The notes under the pieces were generated by a model. The model did not search any database. It had not been told where the DNA came from and saw only the letters and a program-made list of their open reading frames with translations. 37,910 bases of DNA from a virus (Duplodnaviria > Caudoviricetes), in the IMG/VR virus record IMGVR_UViG_3300005804_000099, positions 1-37,910 of that record. The stretch is one strand, 5' to 3'. The number at the start of each line of letters is the position of its first letter. Within the stretch, counting starts at the first letter, position 1. A program made the translations under genes and the position numbers. This document shows, one piece after another, positions 35,610-37,910 of the stretch.

Positions 35610-35629
35610 AAAAAAGCCCCGAGAGGGGC
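35610..35629 (-). terminator. terminator-like hairpin directly before the tRNA
   Basis: GCCCC-TCTC-GGGGC-TTTTTT. Confidence 0.55.
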
Positions 35630-35654
35630 GAACTGAGAGTTCCGACATCCAAAA

Positions 35655-35978
35655 CTATTGCAGACAGGGCTTGTCGATCTTGCTTTGCACCATGCCGACC
35701 GCGTAGGGCTCTATCAGTGCCAGGCGCTTAAACAATCGCGCCAGGCGATCAACGGGCGGGTTTTTGGCAATTTCATCGCTAAGCCGCGAAATCAAAGACA
35801 AAATCTGGGTTTCGCGGCGCGACACTGCAGCGTCAGAATTTTTCTGAATCAGCTGCCCGGCCAGAGAGCCAGCTTCCTGGGCCATCAGCTGTACTCTTCG
35901 CAGAGTGTTTTCATTTCTGATGATCTGGTTCAATTCTCTCTGTAACTGCAAAATATCTTTCGTTATGCCTATTTCCAT
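35655..35978 (-). CDS. hypothetical helical protein
   Basis: SD AAGGAGAGG. Confidence 0.7.
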   Translation of the reverse strand: MEIGITKDILQLQRELNQIIRNENTLRRVQLMAQEAGSLAGQLIQKNSDAAVSRRETQILSLISRLSDEIAKNPPVDRLARLFKRLALIEPYAVGMVQSKIDKPCLQ

Positions 35979-36020
35979 GTGCCTCTCCTTATGTTTTTCG
36001 CTCGAAAGCGGGAGTTGTTT

Positions 36021-36043
36021 TAAAAGTGGGGGCTTTCGCCCCC
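36021..36043 (-). terminator. terminator-like GAAA-tetraloop hairpin after the Xis-like gene
   Basis: GGGGGC-GAAA-GCCCCC-ACTTTTA. Confidence 0.5.
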
Positions 36044-36051
36044 GAAGCCAC

Positions 36052-36300
36052 TCAAGGAGTGGGGTTTAGAGCTGGGTAAGTTTTGTTCGGATCGACTTTT
36101 GCGCGTTCGAGAATCAAGTCCAGGTCGCGCTTGTCGTAACGGATCAACGAACTTTTTTGCATCTGCGACTTTGGCAACTGGTTGTAAATGGTGTCGTAAA
36201 ATTGCTGGATGCTGCACCGACAATAATCAGCCGCTTCCGCTAATCGAAGCCAGCGGTAGTTCGCAACGACATACCGGTCTACTTCAACCTTTTTCGGCAT
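36052..36300 (-). CDS. excisionase-like / HTH_17 DNA-binding protein
   Basis: WLRLAEAADYC...IRYDKRDLD; SD AAGGAG. Confidence 0.75.
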   Translation of the reverse strand: MPKKVEVDRYVVANYRWLRLAEAADYCRCSIQQFYDTIYNQLPKSQMQKSSLIRYDKRDLDLILERAKVDPNKTYPALNPTP

Positions 36301-36311
36301 GCAAAGCTCCT

Positions 36312-36547
36312 TTAAAAGAGAAAGCCCCCGGGGTAACGGCGTGACTCGTCACCTGGAGGCTTCCCCACAAAACGGTTTAAAAATAAACCGCTGTGTGCTA
36401 AAGTTGAAAAGAATCCGGTCACGCGATCAGATTCTTGTTTGTTGGTAGTCCCGGCTATCTTGGCGGACTGACGGGGCTACCTCTTACTAGTTTTGCAGGT
36501 TTTGAAAAAACTGAGGATTTGGCCTCAACTTTTTCTCAACTCCTGAC
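36312..36547 (-). ncRNA. candidate structured 5' leader RNA (five consecutive hairpins)
   Basis: Inverted repeats at 36502-36539, 36444-36481, 36409-36436, 36373-36390 and 36318-36366; no long ORF. Confidence 0.45.
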
Positions 36548-36553
36548 GATTTG

Positions 36554-36582
36554 AGTATAGATAAAATTTCTATGAAAGTCAA
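36554..36582 (-). promoter_or_regulatory. strong sigma70 early lytic promoter
   Basis: TTGACT-17 nt-TATACT, divergent from the repressor gene. Confidence 0.8.
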
Positions 36583-36602
36583 TAACGTAGAAAAATTAAC
36601 TA
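36558..36602. promoter_or_regulatory. two candidate repressor operators TAG-N9-CTA (36558-36572, 36588-36602)
   Basis: ATAGATAAAATTTCTAT and GTAGAAAAATTAACTAT, 30 bp apart; the first lies in the promoter spacer. Confidence 0.55.
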
Positions 36603-36615
36603 TATTCGAGGTTTT

Positions 36616-37236
36616 ATGAAGTTTAAAGATCGTTTGAACCGCGTTTTGAGCGGAAAAAAAAGTTTAGAGAAAATTTCACAGGCTGAAATAGCCCGTCGAT
36701 TGGGCGTTCATCCAACAAATCTTTCTGCCTGGAAATTAGGAAAAGCAGAACCAAACATTGAAACAATACATAAGCTTGCCGAGGTTCTGTCTGTACCAGT
36801 ATCGGAGCTGGTTGGCGAGGATACAAAAAACGAGTATGTCGACCTGTCGAAATGGAGAGTGCTTAAAGTAATAGGCAAAGTTCCCGCAGGAGTCGCACTT
36901 GAAGCCATAGAAGAATACGAAGGGGAAGTTCTCGTGCCGCCAGAAGAGGTTAAGCCAGGTAGTTTTGCTTTACGAGTTCAGGGTGACTCAATGCACCCAA
37001 GAGTTTTTGACGGGGACATAGTTATCGTGGCCCCGACGTTAGAGCCTCGCAACGGCCAGGTAGTGGTTACCCGGGTTAATTGCGATGGCGAAGTGACTTT
37101 AAAAGAATTTCAGCGGGATGGCGACACCATTCTGCTTGTTCCGGAAAACAAAGCATATCAAACAAAAGTTTTCCGCCCTGGTTCGGATCTGAAAATCGTA
37201 GGAGTAGTAACAAGCTTACAACGAACCAAAATTTAA
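36616..37236 (+). CDS. cI: CI/LexA-type phage repressor (XRE HTH + S24 peptidase)
   Basis: HTH SQAEIARRLGV; Ala-Gly cleavage site VPAG; catalytic GDSM and TLKE. Confidence 0.92.
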   Translation: MKFKDRLNRVLSGKKSLEKISQAEIARRLGVHPTNLSAWKLGKAEPNIETIHKLAEVLSVPVSELVGEDTKNEYVDLSKWRVLKVIGKVPAGVALEAIEEYEGEVLVPPEEVKPGSFALRVQGDSMHPRVFDGDIVIVAPTLEPRNGQVVVTRVNCDGEVTLKEFQRDGDTILLVPENKAYQTKVFRPGSDLKIVGVVTSLQRTKI

Positions 37237-37271
37237 CCATGTGGGGTTTGTTAATAACCGGGGAAGTTTGA

Positions 37272-37910
37272 TTGATGAAACCTGATCAGCCATTTTTATT
37301 TGAAAACTTTGTTGAAGAAGAACCTTTGTCAACTTGCGACTGTGGTTTGCAGGCATGGGCTTTTAAAAGTCCAAATCTATCCAGGGAAGAATCTTTAAAA
37401 GTTCTCGATGATTTGATATCGACGCCACCTTTAAGCCGAAAAACTAAAGAGGGGCTGTCTTTTATTTTAAAAAGGCAAAAACAACTGATCGGAGATTTTA
37501 ATCAGGGTTTTGCTGCCCACTGGGCTTTTCAAATTCACGGAGTTTTTGCAATATCTTTAGATATTCGTGATAAACAGCTCAATTTGTCTGAAATTAAAAG
37601 CAAAGTGGAGTCATACAAAGATCAGGGCTGTGTTTTTTACTTTAAAAAAGGGCAAATGATCTACGATTCTATAAAAGCTTATACCTCGCCTTGGTCTGAA
37701 GCAATAAAGCACGTAAAACAGGCAATTAAAATCGAAAACAGCCAGCCCGTCTATTTGCTGGATTCAAATCTGGAATCAAAAAGATTTCCAGGTGAAGTTC
37801 AGGGTGTTTTGTTCGAAAATGTAAACAATAAGCTACAAATAAAAAAAAGATTTGAAATGACACAGGATGATTTTGTAAAAACCCTAATTGCGGGATTTGA
37901 GGAGAAGTGA
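37272..37910 (+). CDS. hypothetical protein, AT-rich, downstream of the repressor
   Basis: 212-aa ORF; no recognisable motif. Confidence 0.65.
   Translation: MMKPDQPFLFENFVEEEPLSTCDCGLQAWAFKSPNLSREESLKVLDDLISTPPLSRKTKEGLSFILKRQKQLIGDFNQGFAAHWAFQIHGVFAISLDIRDKQLNLSEIKSKVESYKDQGCVFYFKKGQMIYDSIKAYTSPWSEAIKHVKQAIKIENSQPVYLLDSNLESKRFPGEVQGVLFENVNNKLQIKKRFEMTQDDFVKTLIAGFEEK

Larger units (their letters stand above)
1..37910. mobile_element. temperate lambda-like siphophage/prophage (ends not seen in the window)
   Basis: Full module set: immunity, replication, integrase, cos/terminase, head, non-contractile tail, lysis. Confidence 0.93.

Overview
The window is an apparently near-complete temperate, lambda-like siphophage or prophage. 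On the minus strand, reading right to left, it carries a strong early promoter with a long structured leader, an Xis-like HTH gene, tRNA-Gln(UUG), a YfdP/YfdQ-like pair and the replication genes (DUF4373 initiator, DnaB). Accessory genes follow: MazG-like, ASCH, a 5mC methyltransferase, a lipoprotein, a degenerate HNH, DUF2786, Gp37/Gp68 and a DNA adenine methylase. Next come an internal tyrosine integrase, a lambda-like cos site, terminase, gpW, portal, S49 protease with nested scaffold, decoration protein, major capsid protein, head-tail genes, tail tube, frameshifted tail chaperones, tape measure, distal tail, a 2232-aa tail tip/fibre and a lysis cassette. A divergent LexA/CI-type repressor lies at the right end. 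The most striking observation is a second apparent programmed -1 frameshift signal, in the last lysis gene: A_AAC_CCT, a 6-nt spacer and a 10-bp GC-rich hairpin. It would fuse an LL-H-holin-like membrane protein to a 69-aa beta-strand-rich extension ending in a beta-signal-like Phe, in a cassette with no recognisable spanin lipoprotein. All family assignments come from motif recognition by eye, not database searches.
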